Shown: positions 1-8,800 of the stretch, piece by piece
Position numbering within the stretch: position 1 is the stretch's first letter
Layout of the letters: every line of letters begins with the position of its first letter
From: Polyangiaceae bacterium
GTDB taxonomy: Bacteria; Myxococcota_A; Polyangia; Polyangiales; Polyangiaceae
Assembly: GCA_965222375.1 (NCBI GenBank)
Contig: CBDCTZ010000016.1
Location: forward strand, 3,392,001 to 3,456,000
DNA: 64,000 bases
Direction of reading: 5' to 3'
The notes under the pieces: generated by a model
Told to the model about the DNA's origin: nothing
Database searches by the model: none
Seen by the model: the letters and a program-made list of their open reading frames with translations, nothing else
Made by a program: the position numbers and the translations under genes

Positions 1-30
1 CGCCCCGTCGACGGCATACGCTACGAGTAG
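1..30 (+). CDS. 3' end of ABC transporter permease (LolC/E-like), truncated by window edge
   Basis: Reads RPVDGIRYE-stop, typical of LolC/E C-termini, and lies 7 bp upstream of lolD. Confidence 0.6.
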   Translation, partial: RPVDGIRYE

Positions 31-37
31 GCCGTCC

Positions 38-829
38 ATGACCGACCCCACCTCTGCCTATCGCGACAACGTCGCCTCCAAGACCGGAGAAGAGCTCGTC
101 GTCATTAGCGACTTGCACAAAAGCTTCGAGCACATGGGTCGCACCCTGCACGTGCTCAAGGGGATCGACCTCACCATCTATTCGGGGCAGATCTTGAGCA
201 TCGTGGGGCCCTCGGGCGCCGGCAAGAGCACGCTCTTGCACTGTATCGGGACGTTGGACCTGCCGACCACGGGCAGCATCCAGCTTGGGGGTGAAGAGCT
301 CACCACCATGAGCCAGTCGCGCCTGGCGGCGGTTCGCAACAAGGACATCGGGTTCGTCTTTCAGTTTCACCACTTGCTGCCCGAGTTCACGGCGCGTGAA
401 AACGTGATGTTGCCCGGCCTGATCCAAGGGCGCTCCCGCAAAGAGATGCAGGAGCGGGCCGGCTCCCTGCTCACCGGCGTCGGGCTCGGGGACCGGGCGA
501 CCCACCGACCGGGTGAGCTTTCGGGTGGCGAGCAGCAGCGCGTTGCCGTTGCGCGAGCCTTGGCCTTGGGGCCGCGGCTGGTGCTGGCGGATGAGCCCAC
601 GGGCAATCTGGATAGCGCCACGAGTGGAGCCATTCACGAATTGTTCTTCAAGATCACCGAGGACTTTGGCACGACCATCGTCGTGGTGACTCACAACCCG
701 AGCTTTGCCGAGAGCATGCCCCGGGTCGTGCGCATGAAGGACGGCCGCGTCGAAAAGGACGACAAGGGCCACCAGAGCGACGAGCGGGCGGCCCGGGCGA
801 GTGACGCCAGCGTTGCCGAAAGCGCCTGA
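38..829 (+). CDS. lolD: Lipoprotein-releasing ABC transporter ATP-binding protein
   Basis: Walker A GPSGAGKS, LolD motif GFVFQFHHLL, LSGGEQQR signature, ADEPTGNLD. Confidence 0.88.
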   Translation: MTDPTSAYRDNVASKTGEELVVISDLHKSFEHMGRTLHVLKGIDLTIYSGQILSIVGPSGAGKSTLLHCIGTLDLPTTGSIQLGGEELTTMSQSRLAAVRNKDIGFVFQFHHLLPEFTARENVMLPGLIQGRSRKEMQERAGSLLTGVGLGDRATHRPGELSGGEQQRVAVARALALGPRLVLADEPTGNLDSATSGAIHELFFKITEDFGTTIVVVTHNPSFAESMPRVVRMKDGRVEKDDKGHQSDERAARASDASVAESA

Positions 830-832
830 GCG

Positions 833-867
833 CGCCCGCGATTTCCGTGCGGGAATCGCCGCGGGCG
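833..867. other. Intergenic GC-rich hairpin after lolD
   Basis: GCCCGCG-ATTTCC-GTGC-GGGAAT-CGC-CGCGGGC imperfect stem; no U-tract. Confidence 0.4.
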
Positions 868-906
868 ACGACTCTCGGCTAGCGTTGCTGGGCGGCCTGG
901 CGCATC

Positions 907-1413
907 ATGAGTCGCATGAACGTTCGCCTGCTGCCCTGCCCATCTTGTCTACGGCACGTACGCGCCTCTGAACAGAATTGCCCATTTTGCGCCGTGGGCG
1001 TGGAGTTTCCGGATGCAGCGCCACTCCGGGCGACCTGGGCGGAGACGCGCCTTTCCCGAAGTGCGAGGGTGGCTTTGGGCGCGGCGTTGGCTGCGACTGG
1101 TGCGTCGGGTTGTGGCGGTAGCCCTGCTCCGGTGCCCGTGTACGGCGCTCCGGCGCCCGAGCCTCCTCCTGAGGAGTCGATGCCCCTGGAGCCCGAAGAG
1201 CCAACGGATCCGGGTGATGGCGAGTTCGCCACACCGCCAGACGGAGAGCTGACTCCCGGGCCCGATGCCGGTGCGATGCGTCCGAAATACGGCGCGCCAC
1301 CAATGCCGCCGGATGAAGGCGCCAACCGCCCCAAGTATGGCGCGCCCCCGCCGCCGGACGATCCCGGCACCATGAAGCCGCTCTACGGAGTGCCTCAAGC
1401 GCCGCGCAAGTAA
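907..1413 (+). CDS. Small Zn-ribbon lipoprotein with four YG[AV]P repeats
   Basis: CPSC...CPFC, hydrophobic stretch ending in lipobox-like ASGC, Pro-rich tail with PVYGAP, PKYGAP (x2) and PLYGVP. Confidence 0.75.
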   Translation: MSRMNVRLLPCPSCLRHVRASEQNCPFCAVGVEFPDAAPLRATWAETRLSRSARVALGAALAATGASGCGGSPAPVPVYGAPAPEPPPEESMPLEPEEPTDPGDGEFATPPDGELTPGPDAGAMRPKYGAPPMPPDEGANRPKYGAPPPPDDPGTMKPLYGVPQAPRK

Positions 1414-1422
1414 CGCCTGGGC

Positions 1423-2454
1423 TCAATGCAGCGGCAAAAGGTGCACTGGGTCGCCAGCTTGCACCTTCAATCGCTCTGCGGCATCCCGGCACAACCGGAT
1501 GCGACCGTCAGCTAGCTCGTGGATCGGGGACGCCACCGCGCGGTAGTAGGGTGGCCCGTTGTGGTCCCGACCGACCAGCGCCAGATGTCCCTCGGGCGCG
1601 TCGTCGAGGAGCTGTCCGAGCTGGGTTGCCCGGGCGGCCTGAATCAAGGTGACGTCGTCAGTGTCTGCTACGAAGTGGGGCCCACCATCGAAGGGGTCCA
1701 CGCGATCTGCGTAGCGAAAGCCGATGCGGCGCAGCATCTTCTCGACGCCCTTGGTTTGGGCGCCGACCTCGCCGATGACGCTTTGGGCTTCCTGGCTGAG
1801 CACCGAGGCGTAGATCAAGCCGCTGGGAAACAGGTCTCGAATGAAAGACTTGTTCTCGCTGGATAGGCGATCCGCCTCGGCGTAGCTGATGCCGGTGAAG
1901 TGTCTGCCCAACGCCTCCCACAGGTGACTCGTTCCGTCTTCCTCGAGGGGTGGCAGTAGCTCGGCGAGGATCTCGTTCTGAAACAACTTGCGGTGCATGG
2001 CGATGAACAGGAAGCGCACATAGGAGATCTGAAGTCCCAGCTTTTCTTTGGAGGCGCGACACTCGGGGGCCACCACCAGTCCGCCAATCTCCGTCGGCCC
2101 TTGGTAGGAAAAACCGAGGCGCAGCGCCGGGTGGTGAAAGTGCTTGTCCAGCAGTCTGGAGTATTTCTCTTCGTCGATGACGTCCAGGTAGATGTAGGGC
2201 GCGTCGCGCCGGCCGAGGCGCGCGACGATCATGCTGGTGCCGACGGCACGCTCTTGCTCGTGATCCCAAATCAGGAAGACGTATTTGCGGTGGGTTACGT
2301 TGTGGATCTTACCCGAGAAGCTCCGCTCGCTGTGCTCGAGCAACGACCGGACGTAGGACGGATCGTTGGGTAAGTTGACGCTGTTCAGGTAGTGCGCGAG
2401 TCGGAGGAGCTCGTCCTCGTCCTGAAGAAGCGCGCCGCGGATCTCGAAGCGCAT
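1423..2454 (-). CDS. astA: Arginine N-succinyltransferase
   Basis: NLPND, TEIGGL, LAEL...SHLWEALGRHFTG, DPFDGGP motifs; start placed at ATG 2454. Confidence 0.85.
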   Translation of the reverse strand: MRFEIRGALLQDEDELLRLAHYLNSVNLPNDPSYVRSLLEHSERSFSGKIHNVTHRKYVFLIWDHEQERAVGTSMIVARLGRRDAPYIYLDVIDEEKYSRLLDKHFHHPALRLGFSYQGPTEIGGLVVAPECRASKEKLGLQISYVRFLFIAMHRKLFQNEILAELLPPLEEDGTSHLWEALGRHFTGISYAEADRLSSENKSFIRDLFPSGLIYASVLSQEAQSVIGEVGAQTKGVEKMLRRIGFRYADRVDPFDGGPHFVADTDDVTLIQAARATQLGQLLDDAPEGHLALVGRDHNGPPYYRAVASPIHELADGRIRLCRDAAERLKVQAGDPVHLLPLH

Positions 2455-2564
2455 AGGACCATCGTTTCTAGCATGCGCGCCCTGAAGCGTGGGGCCGGGC
2501 GACGGCATTGTCTCGCCAAAGATGCCGGCCGCCGCGAGAAAGCCGTGCTATGCGACGTGGCGGA

Positions 2565-3407
2565 ATGACCTTTCAGATCTTTTCTGGGACCAAGAGCTAC
2601 ATCACGGATCCGGCCCTCGAAGCCGCCGTCAACGCGGCGCTGGCGTTGGAACGGCCCCTCTTGGTCAAAGGCGAACCCGGCACCGGAAAAACGCTGCTGG
2701 CAGCGGCGGTCGCGGATGCTCTGGAACACCCCTTGATTCACTGGCCCGTCAAGTCGACCACCCGCGCCCAAGACGGTTTGTACGTGTACGACACTGTGCA
2801 GCGCCTGTATGACGCGCGCTTCGGCGACGCAGGGCCCGAGGGCGTGCGTGATATCAAGCGATACATCAAGCACGGCCCTCTGGGCAGAGCTCTGGCGTCG
2901 GAGCAGCGAGTCGTTCTGCTGATTGACGAGGTGGACAAGGCCGATCTCGAGTTCCCCAACGATCTGTTGCACGAGCTCGATCGAATGCGGTTTTACATTT
3001 CAGAAACCCGAGAAGAGCTCGTTGCCAAGCATCGGCCAATCGTGATCATCACCAGCAACAACGAAAAGGAATTGCCGGATGCGTTCTTGCGCCGTTGCGT
3101 CTTTCACTTCATTGACTTTCCGGATCCGGAGTTGATGAAGCGCATCGTGCGCGTGCACCATCCCGAGGTGGACGACAGCTTGGTGGACCAAGCGATTGGC
3201 GCGTTCTTCGACGTGCGCGGAGTGCCGCGGCTACGCAAGAAGCCAAGTACCAGTGAGTTGATCGACTGGATTGCGGTCTTGGCGCAATCTGGCGTCGGAG
3301 AGGACCGGATCCGAAACGAACTTCCCTTCGGCAGTGTCTTGATCAAGAAGGAACAAGACCAGGCCGTGCTCGCAGAGCATCGCTCTGGGCGTGCTCGCCG
3401 CTGGTAG
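2565..3407 (+). CDS. MoxR-family AAA+ ATPase (CoxD-like)
   Basis: GEPGTGKT, LIDEVDKADLEFPNDLL, ITSNNEKELPDAFLRRC. Confidence 0.88.
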   Translation: MTFQIFSGTKSYITDPALEAAVNAALALERPLLVKGEPGTGKTLLAAAVADALEHPLIHWPVKSTTRAQDGLYVYDTVQRLYDARFGDAGPEGVRDIKRYIKHGPLGRALASEQRVVLLIDEVDKADLEFPNDLLHELDRMRFYISETREELVAKHRPIVIITSNNEKELPDAFLRRCVFHFIDFPDPELMKRIVRVHHPEVDDSLVDQAIGAFFDVRGVPRLRKKPSTSELIDWIAVLAQSGVGEDRIRNELPFGSVLIKKEQDQAVLAEHRSGRARRW

Positions 3408-3486
3408 GGCGCGAAGGGGTCTTCTCCCGTACCTCTGGCGGGGCAGGTATCACGGCCGCGGTGGCGGTCGTGATACAAACGATGTC

Positions 3487-4695
3487 GTGACCCAAGAAAA
3501 GTGGCCGTTCCCTCGTGCCGAGTCCCTCCCCACCTACGCGTTTGTTGCCACCGATAGCGTGAAGGCGCGCGCGATCGCGGCTGGCGCGGAGCTGATTGAC
3601 CTCGGGCTCGGTAATCCAGATCGCCCGACGCCGGGGCCGATCATAGCGCAGCTGCACGCCGCGGCGGATGTGGGCAAGAACCACCGCTACCACCCGGGGC
3701 GCGGTTTGCCCGAGCTGCGCCAAGCCATCGCGGCTTGGTACCACCGGAGGCATCACGTCAGCTTCGACCCGGACGAGGAAGTCATCGTCACGATGGGGGC
3801 GAAGGAAGGCATCAGCCACCTCTGCCTCGCCATGCTCGACCGTGGTGATCACGCGGTGGTGCCGGATCCTTGCTACCCCATCCACAAGGGCGCGCCACTG
3901 ATCGCCGGCGCAGAGGTCGCAGGCTATTCTGTGGACGCCGACATCGAGCCGGCGAAGGCTGTCTCCGACGCTCTCAGGCGGGTGCAGGCTGCGGGGGGCA
4001 AGCCGAAGCTGATCATCGCGAACTACCCGCAGAACCCCACCGGGCGCGTGATCGACAAGCCGGCACTCAAAGAACTACTCAGGGTCGTCAAGGACGCGGG
4101 CGCACTCCTGCTCCACGACCTGGCTTATGCAGACTTGGACTTCGCCAATCGTCACGCCCCGAGCATCTTCGACTGTGGAGCGGATGCTGCGGACGTGCGG
4201 AAGTACGCGGTGGAGGTGTTCAGCATGTCCAAGAGCTACAACATGCCGGGGTGGCGCATCGCGTACATGGTGGGCAACGAGCGCATGGTCGGCGCTCTGT
4301 CTCATATGAAGACGTACATGGACTACGGCACCTTCATCCCGCTCCAGTACGCGGCGGCATGGGCCCTGGAGCACGGCGACGGGATCGTGGACGAGATCCG
4401 CGACTTGTATCGCGCGCGGGCATCGGCGCTGGTGGCCGGTCTTCGGTCAGCGGGCTGGGGAGACGTGCCCGAGCCGAGCGGCACCATGTTCGTCTGGGCC
4501 CGGCTGCCGAAGAAGCTCGCCGAGCTGTCGTCTCTGGACGCGACTTGTCAGTTGATCGAGCACGCTCATGTGGCGCTCTCGCCTGGGAGCGGTTTCGGAG
4601 ACGGCGGCGAGGGCTACCTGCGCTTCGCGCTGATCGAAGATCCGCCCCGCATCGAAGAAGCTTGCGCTCGAATTGGGCGCTTCTTGAAGAGCTAG
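3487..4695 (+). CDS. PLP-dependent class I/II aminotransferase, AlaC-like
   Basis: DLGLGNPD, GAKEG, NYPQNPTG, HDLAY, SMSKSYNMPGWR, DYGTF; start placed at GTG 3487. Confidence 0.85.
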   Translation: MTQEKWPFPRAESLPTYAFVATDSVKARAIAAGAELIDLGLGNPDRPTPGPIIAQLHAAADVGKNHRYHPGRGLPELRQAIAAWYHRRHHVSFDPDEEVIVTMGAKEGISHLCLAMLDRGDHAVVPDPCYPIHKGAPLIAGAEVAGYSVDADIEPAKAVSDALRRVQAAGGKPKLIIANYPQNPTGRVIDKPALKELLRVVKDAGALLLHDLAYADLDFANRHAPSIFDCGADAADVRKYAVEVFSMSKSYNMPGWRIAYMVGNERMVGALSHMKTYMDYGTFIPLQYAAAWALEHGDGIVDEIRDLYRARASALVAGLRSAGWGDVPEPSGTMFVWARLPKKLAELSSLDATCQLIEHAHVALSPGSGFGDGGEGYLRFALIEDPPRIEEACARIGRFLKS

Positions 4696-4700
4696 CCCGC

Positions 4701-5783
4701 TCAGTTCGTCGCGTTCGGCGTCAGCGTGTGCGTCGCGATGAAGTCTGCGCCGCACTGATCCGTGTCGGTGCCGTTCGGGCTTCGAGCCAGCGCCTGGCTG
4801 GACGTGGGGGTTGGCGCTAGAGACGTCGCCGTGGCCCCGGTGTCGTCTTTGAAGCCGTCGCTGTTGGGGGTGCCGTAGATCACCGTGTCGACTACGGCGT
4901 TCGTCGAATTCACGAGCCGGACCGCATCCGCGCTACCGCTGGCGTTGCCCATGTTCATGGCGGTTTGCTTCTTGTATTGGGCGAAAGCCACGTCCTTGCC
5001 GCCGATGACCACGTAGCCCAAAGCGCCGATGCTGGCGCCGTTTGGCAGCGTGAACATGGTCGAATAGGTGGAGGTCGCTCGCTCCAGGCTCCAGCCTGCG
5101 ATGGACACCGCGCAGTTGTTCGGGTTGTACAACTCGACCCACTCCTTGCCCGAGTCGCCGCTCGGCGGGTTGGGAACCAATTCGTTGATCAGAATGGGAC
5201 TCGATGGGCAGCCACCCGTGCCGCCGGTGCCGCCAGTAGCCACGCCACCCGTGCCTGCTGTGCCGCCAGTAGCCACGCCGCCGGTTCCTGCCGTGCCGCC
5301 AGTAGCCACGCCACCCGTGCCTGCTGTGCCGCCAGTAGCCACGCCGCCGGTTCCTGCCGTGCCGCCGGTTCCTGCCGTACCGCCCGTTGCCGCGCCGCCC
5401 GTACCGCCCGTTGCCGCGCCGCCCGTGCCGCCGGTTGCCGCCCCTCCGCTACCGGATGCTCCGCTGGCGCCCGACGCGCCGGCACTGCCTCCGGCACCCG
5501 ACGCACCTGCTGAGCCACCGCCGGCTCCCGCAGAGCCACCGCTGGCTCCCGCAGAGCCACCGCTGGCACCTGCTGTGCCGCCGCTGGACGTGCCGCCGCT
5601 GGACGCTCCGCCCGTGGACGCTCCGCCCGTCGCGGTCGAACCCCCCGTGGTCACGAAGCCACCGGTGCCGCTGCTGCCGCCGAAACCCGTCGTGCCTCCG
5701 CCACCGCTGGAAGAGTCGTCGTCGGAGGAACACGCGGCGGCCAGGGCCGCCATCACGAAAAGCCCAAGGGAGTAGGTGCGCAT
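4701..5783 (-). CDS. Lipoprotein with Gly/Thr-rich linker and C-terminal lamin-tail-like domain
   Basis: Lipobox LAAAC, GGT repeats, ILINELVPNP...EWVELYN...SIAGWSL. Confidence 0.8.
   Translation of the reverse strand: MRTYSLGLFVMAALAAACSSDDDSSSGGGGTTGFGGSSGTGGFVTTGGSTATGGASTGGASSGGTSSGGTAGASGGSAGASGGSAGAGGGSAGASGAGGSAGASGASGASGSGGAATGGTGGAATGGTGGAATGGTAGTGGTAGTGGVATGGTAGTGGVATGGTAGTGGVATGGTAGTGGVATGGTGGTGGCPSSPILINELVPNPPSGDSGKEWVELYNPNNCAVSIAGWSLERATSTYSTMFTLPNGASIGALGYVVIGGKDVAFAQYKKQTAMNMGNASGSADAVRLVNSTNAVVDTVIYGTPNSDGFKDDTGATATSLAPTPTSSQALARSPNGTDTDQCGADFIATHTLTPNATN
5232..5363. repeat. Coding tandem repeat, 4 x 33 bp (two identical 66-bp units)
   Basis: 5232-5297 is identical to 5298-5363; encodes (GGTAGTGGVAT)4. 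Confidence 0.9.
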
Positions 5784-5835
5784 GCCGTAGCGCTACGGCC
5801 TGTCGCGGCGAGACGCAAGGGCGTCCGTCAGTGCC

Positions 5836-8800
5836 TCAGCCTTCCAGCAGCCGCTGAATGCTCTCGGGTACGGAGCCGTACTGCTCCGCCAGCGCCAGCA
5901 AGGCGGCGTTGTGGGGTAGTTCGGTGAGGAACAGGCGTGCATAGGGGGTGCCCGTCAAGCCCTCCAGGCGTCGCTGCAGAGGGGTCAGCCCTCGCACGAT
6001 CGCCCGTTTGGCCTCGGCTTCATCGCCCAGTTCCATCATGGCGTCGTGCAGCGCCACGTAGACCGGGGATTCGTTCAGCAGGCTTGGTGCCCCGGCTTCC
6101 AGCAGCTCTGCGCCTTCCTTGGCCAAGTCCAGGGCGCGGGATGGATTTTCCGTGCGCCGTTCTGCCTCCGACCACATGCCCAGGGCTACTGCCAGAATGT
6201 CGCGGTTCTGCGTGGCACGATACCCCTCTGCGGCGGTGGCCAACAGGGCACGGGCTTTCTGAGACGCCGCTTTGGATCGCGTGCGCAGGTGCTCACAGCC
6301 TCGATAGAACAACAGGCCCAAGTTGGCGCGGTCCGGTGCTGCCCAATAACCAGTGGCGGCCGCGTCTGCGTCCGAGCGGGATTCCGCCAGGTGGGAGTCC
6401 AACACCTTCTCTGTGCCAAAAGTCGCAGTCCAGCCCAACAGATTCATCTGAGCATGTCGGGATGCGCCAGAACTGCCGATGGCGTCTGCCAGAGACACGC
6501 CCGTGCTCAATGCGCCCCTAGCTTCTTGGCGGGCGCCGATGGTCGTCAACGCGAACCCCAGGTTGGTCATGAGCATCGCCTCGCGCTCTTTGAGGCCTGC
6601 GTCCCGGGCGGCGGCGACGGCGTTTCTCCGGGCGTCCAGCGCTGCGATGAGTTCACCGCGGGTTTGACGCACGATGGCTAGGGTCTGCCAACCGTCCACG
6701 GCGGCCGTAGTCACGTGGTGCTCTTCCGCCAGCTCCAGGAGCCGCGCGGCTTCCGCTTCAGCGTCCGCGAAAGCGCCCGCGAAGGCCAGGCGGGCGGCCA
6801 GGACAGCGGAGCAGCGCGCTTCTTCGTCGCGCAAACCCAAGCTGGCCGCTCGGTCGCGGGCTTCCGCCAATCGCTCGCTGATGTCGTGACCGGTGCCTCG
6901 GGCGTCGTCGAACCTCGCCCGCGCGCCACGAGCGCGCACTTCGCTCGCTTCGTCGTAGACATTTTCTTCCAGCGCTGAGACCGCGGTTTCTCGATCCGCG
7001 GCGCGGGGATCGAGGCGGCTGTAAGCTTCATCGAGATAGGCCGCCCGCTGGAAGGCCGTGGCCTTGTCTTCGGAGTGGAGCAATGCCCGTTCGGCCATGC
7101 TGAGGGCGTCGGATAGGGCGTTGGCCGCCAAAGAGCGTTGCGCGGCTCGGGACCAGTGCTCCGCGGCCTCGGACGGCTGCTCGCCCAAATCGAAGTGGCC
7201 CGCGACCGTCGCCGCGTCCTCGCCCATGCTGGCAAGCCAACGCGCGGTCAGGACGTGCAGCTCTTGTCGCTCGCGTTCTCCGAGGGACTTGTAGGCGACT
7301 TCTCGAACCAAGGCGTGCTTGAAGAGCCATTCGCGAGTGCCCGGAAAGCGCGATACGTCCTGCTCGACCAAGACCTCGCTGGCAGCCAGCTCCTTCATCA
7401 ATCCTTCAGCACGAGCCAAGCCCAGTGCCTCCAGGCCCGTGTCCCAGACCGTCAGACCAAACACCGACAGCCTGCCGACCGCATCCCGGCATTCTTCGTC
7501 TAGGGCGTCCAAGCTGGCTTGAATCACAGACTCGATGGTCGGTGCGTGCAGCTTGCCGCGGCTGCTGGCCGTCACTCGGGCGAGCTCTTCAGCGAAAAGT
7601 GGCAGACCGCTGGCTTGTTCCGCAATGCGCTCCACGGCTTCGTCAGTGGCCGCATCTCCGAGCACGGAGCGAACAATGGCGCGGACGGCCTTGCGGGAAA
7701 TGGGGCGCAGCTCCAGGGAGACGTGGTCTCGACCACCGAAGCGCTCGCTCTCTTCTTGCCAAAACGCGGGCCTCACCAGGGCCATCACCATCAGCGGCCT
7801 CATGTTGGTGCGACCCAGAAGATGGTCCAACCAGCCGATGCTCTCCGGGTCGGCCCATTGCAGATCCTCGGTGACGATGATCGTCGGCTGCCCTGCAGTG
7901 ACCTGCGCAACCAAGTCCGTCATGGCTAGCCACAGCACGTCGCGAGCACCGCGCGGATCCAAGCCTTCTGGCAACACCTCGTTGGCCAGCAGCCGCGCCA
8001 GGATCTCGCGATTCTTGCTGGTGAGGTCGCTCACCGTCGAGGGGCCCAGGCGGGAGACGATGGCCTGCTCGGCTTCTTGGGAGGTCGCACCTTTGGGTAG
8101 GCTGATGATGGCGCGTAGGATGTCTGCTGCCGCACCGAGGGCGTGGCCACGGCCATACGCCTCACTGCGTTGCACGATCACGAATGGCGCCTGCTTGCCT
8201 GCGGCGAGGCGGGCGATCACCTCGCGCCGTAGTCGCGTCTTGCCGATCCCCGGCGGCCCGGTGATGGTCACCAGGACCGGGGTCGCGTCGGAGCAGGCTC
8301 GCTCGAAGGCGTTGGCGACCTGCGCGAGTTCCGCCTCTCTGCCGACGAAGGGCGCTCCGCCGACTCGGTCTGCGCGGGGACCTCGCACTTGTTCACCGAC
8401 CACAGCGGCGCCGTCGTCGCGAGTCTTGAACTCGTAGCGGCCTCGACCCAACTCGCTGGTCGTCACGTCGGCAAGAACCACCCCAGGGGACGCTTCTCGA
8501 GCCATCGCCGAAGCTCGGTCCACGACTTCGCCGACGGGATGTGCGCCGCCGGAACGATTGGTCAAGCTCATGCGCGCTCGGCCACTCGCCACCCCGACCT
8601 GCGCGCCGGCCCGCGCCAAGCGCCGACCCAAGTCCAGGGCAGCGACCGCCTCCATTCCCGTGGCCCGGGTGGCGCCGAGGTGGGCGACCAGGGCTTCCGG
8701 CCCGAGGGGGACGGCGTCGGCGCCTCGTTCCTTCAAGTGGTCCAGGGCGCGATCTCGCGCCGAGCCGTTTTCGAAACGAAGCGCGACGATGCTGGTCACG

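Noticed and set aside
5232..5363. 33-bp repeats as a CRISPR array
   Set aside because: The repeats are contiguous, lack spacers, are in frame within a CDS, and no cas genes are present
5068..5775. Pro-rich 235-aa ORF on the + strand
   Set aside because: Antisense shadow of the Gly-rich linker; the - strand frame has the lipobox and the folded domain
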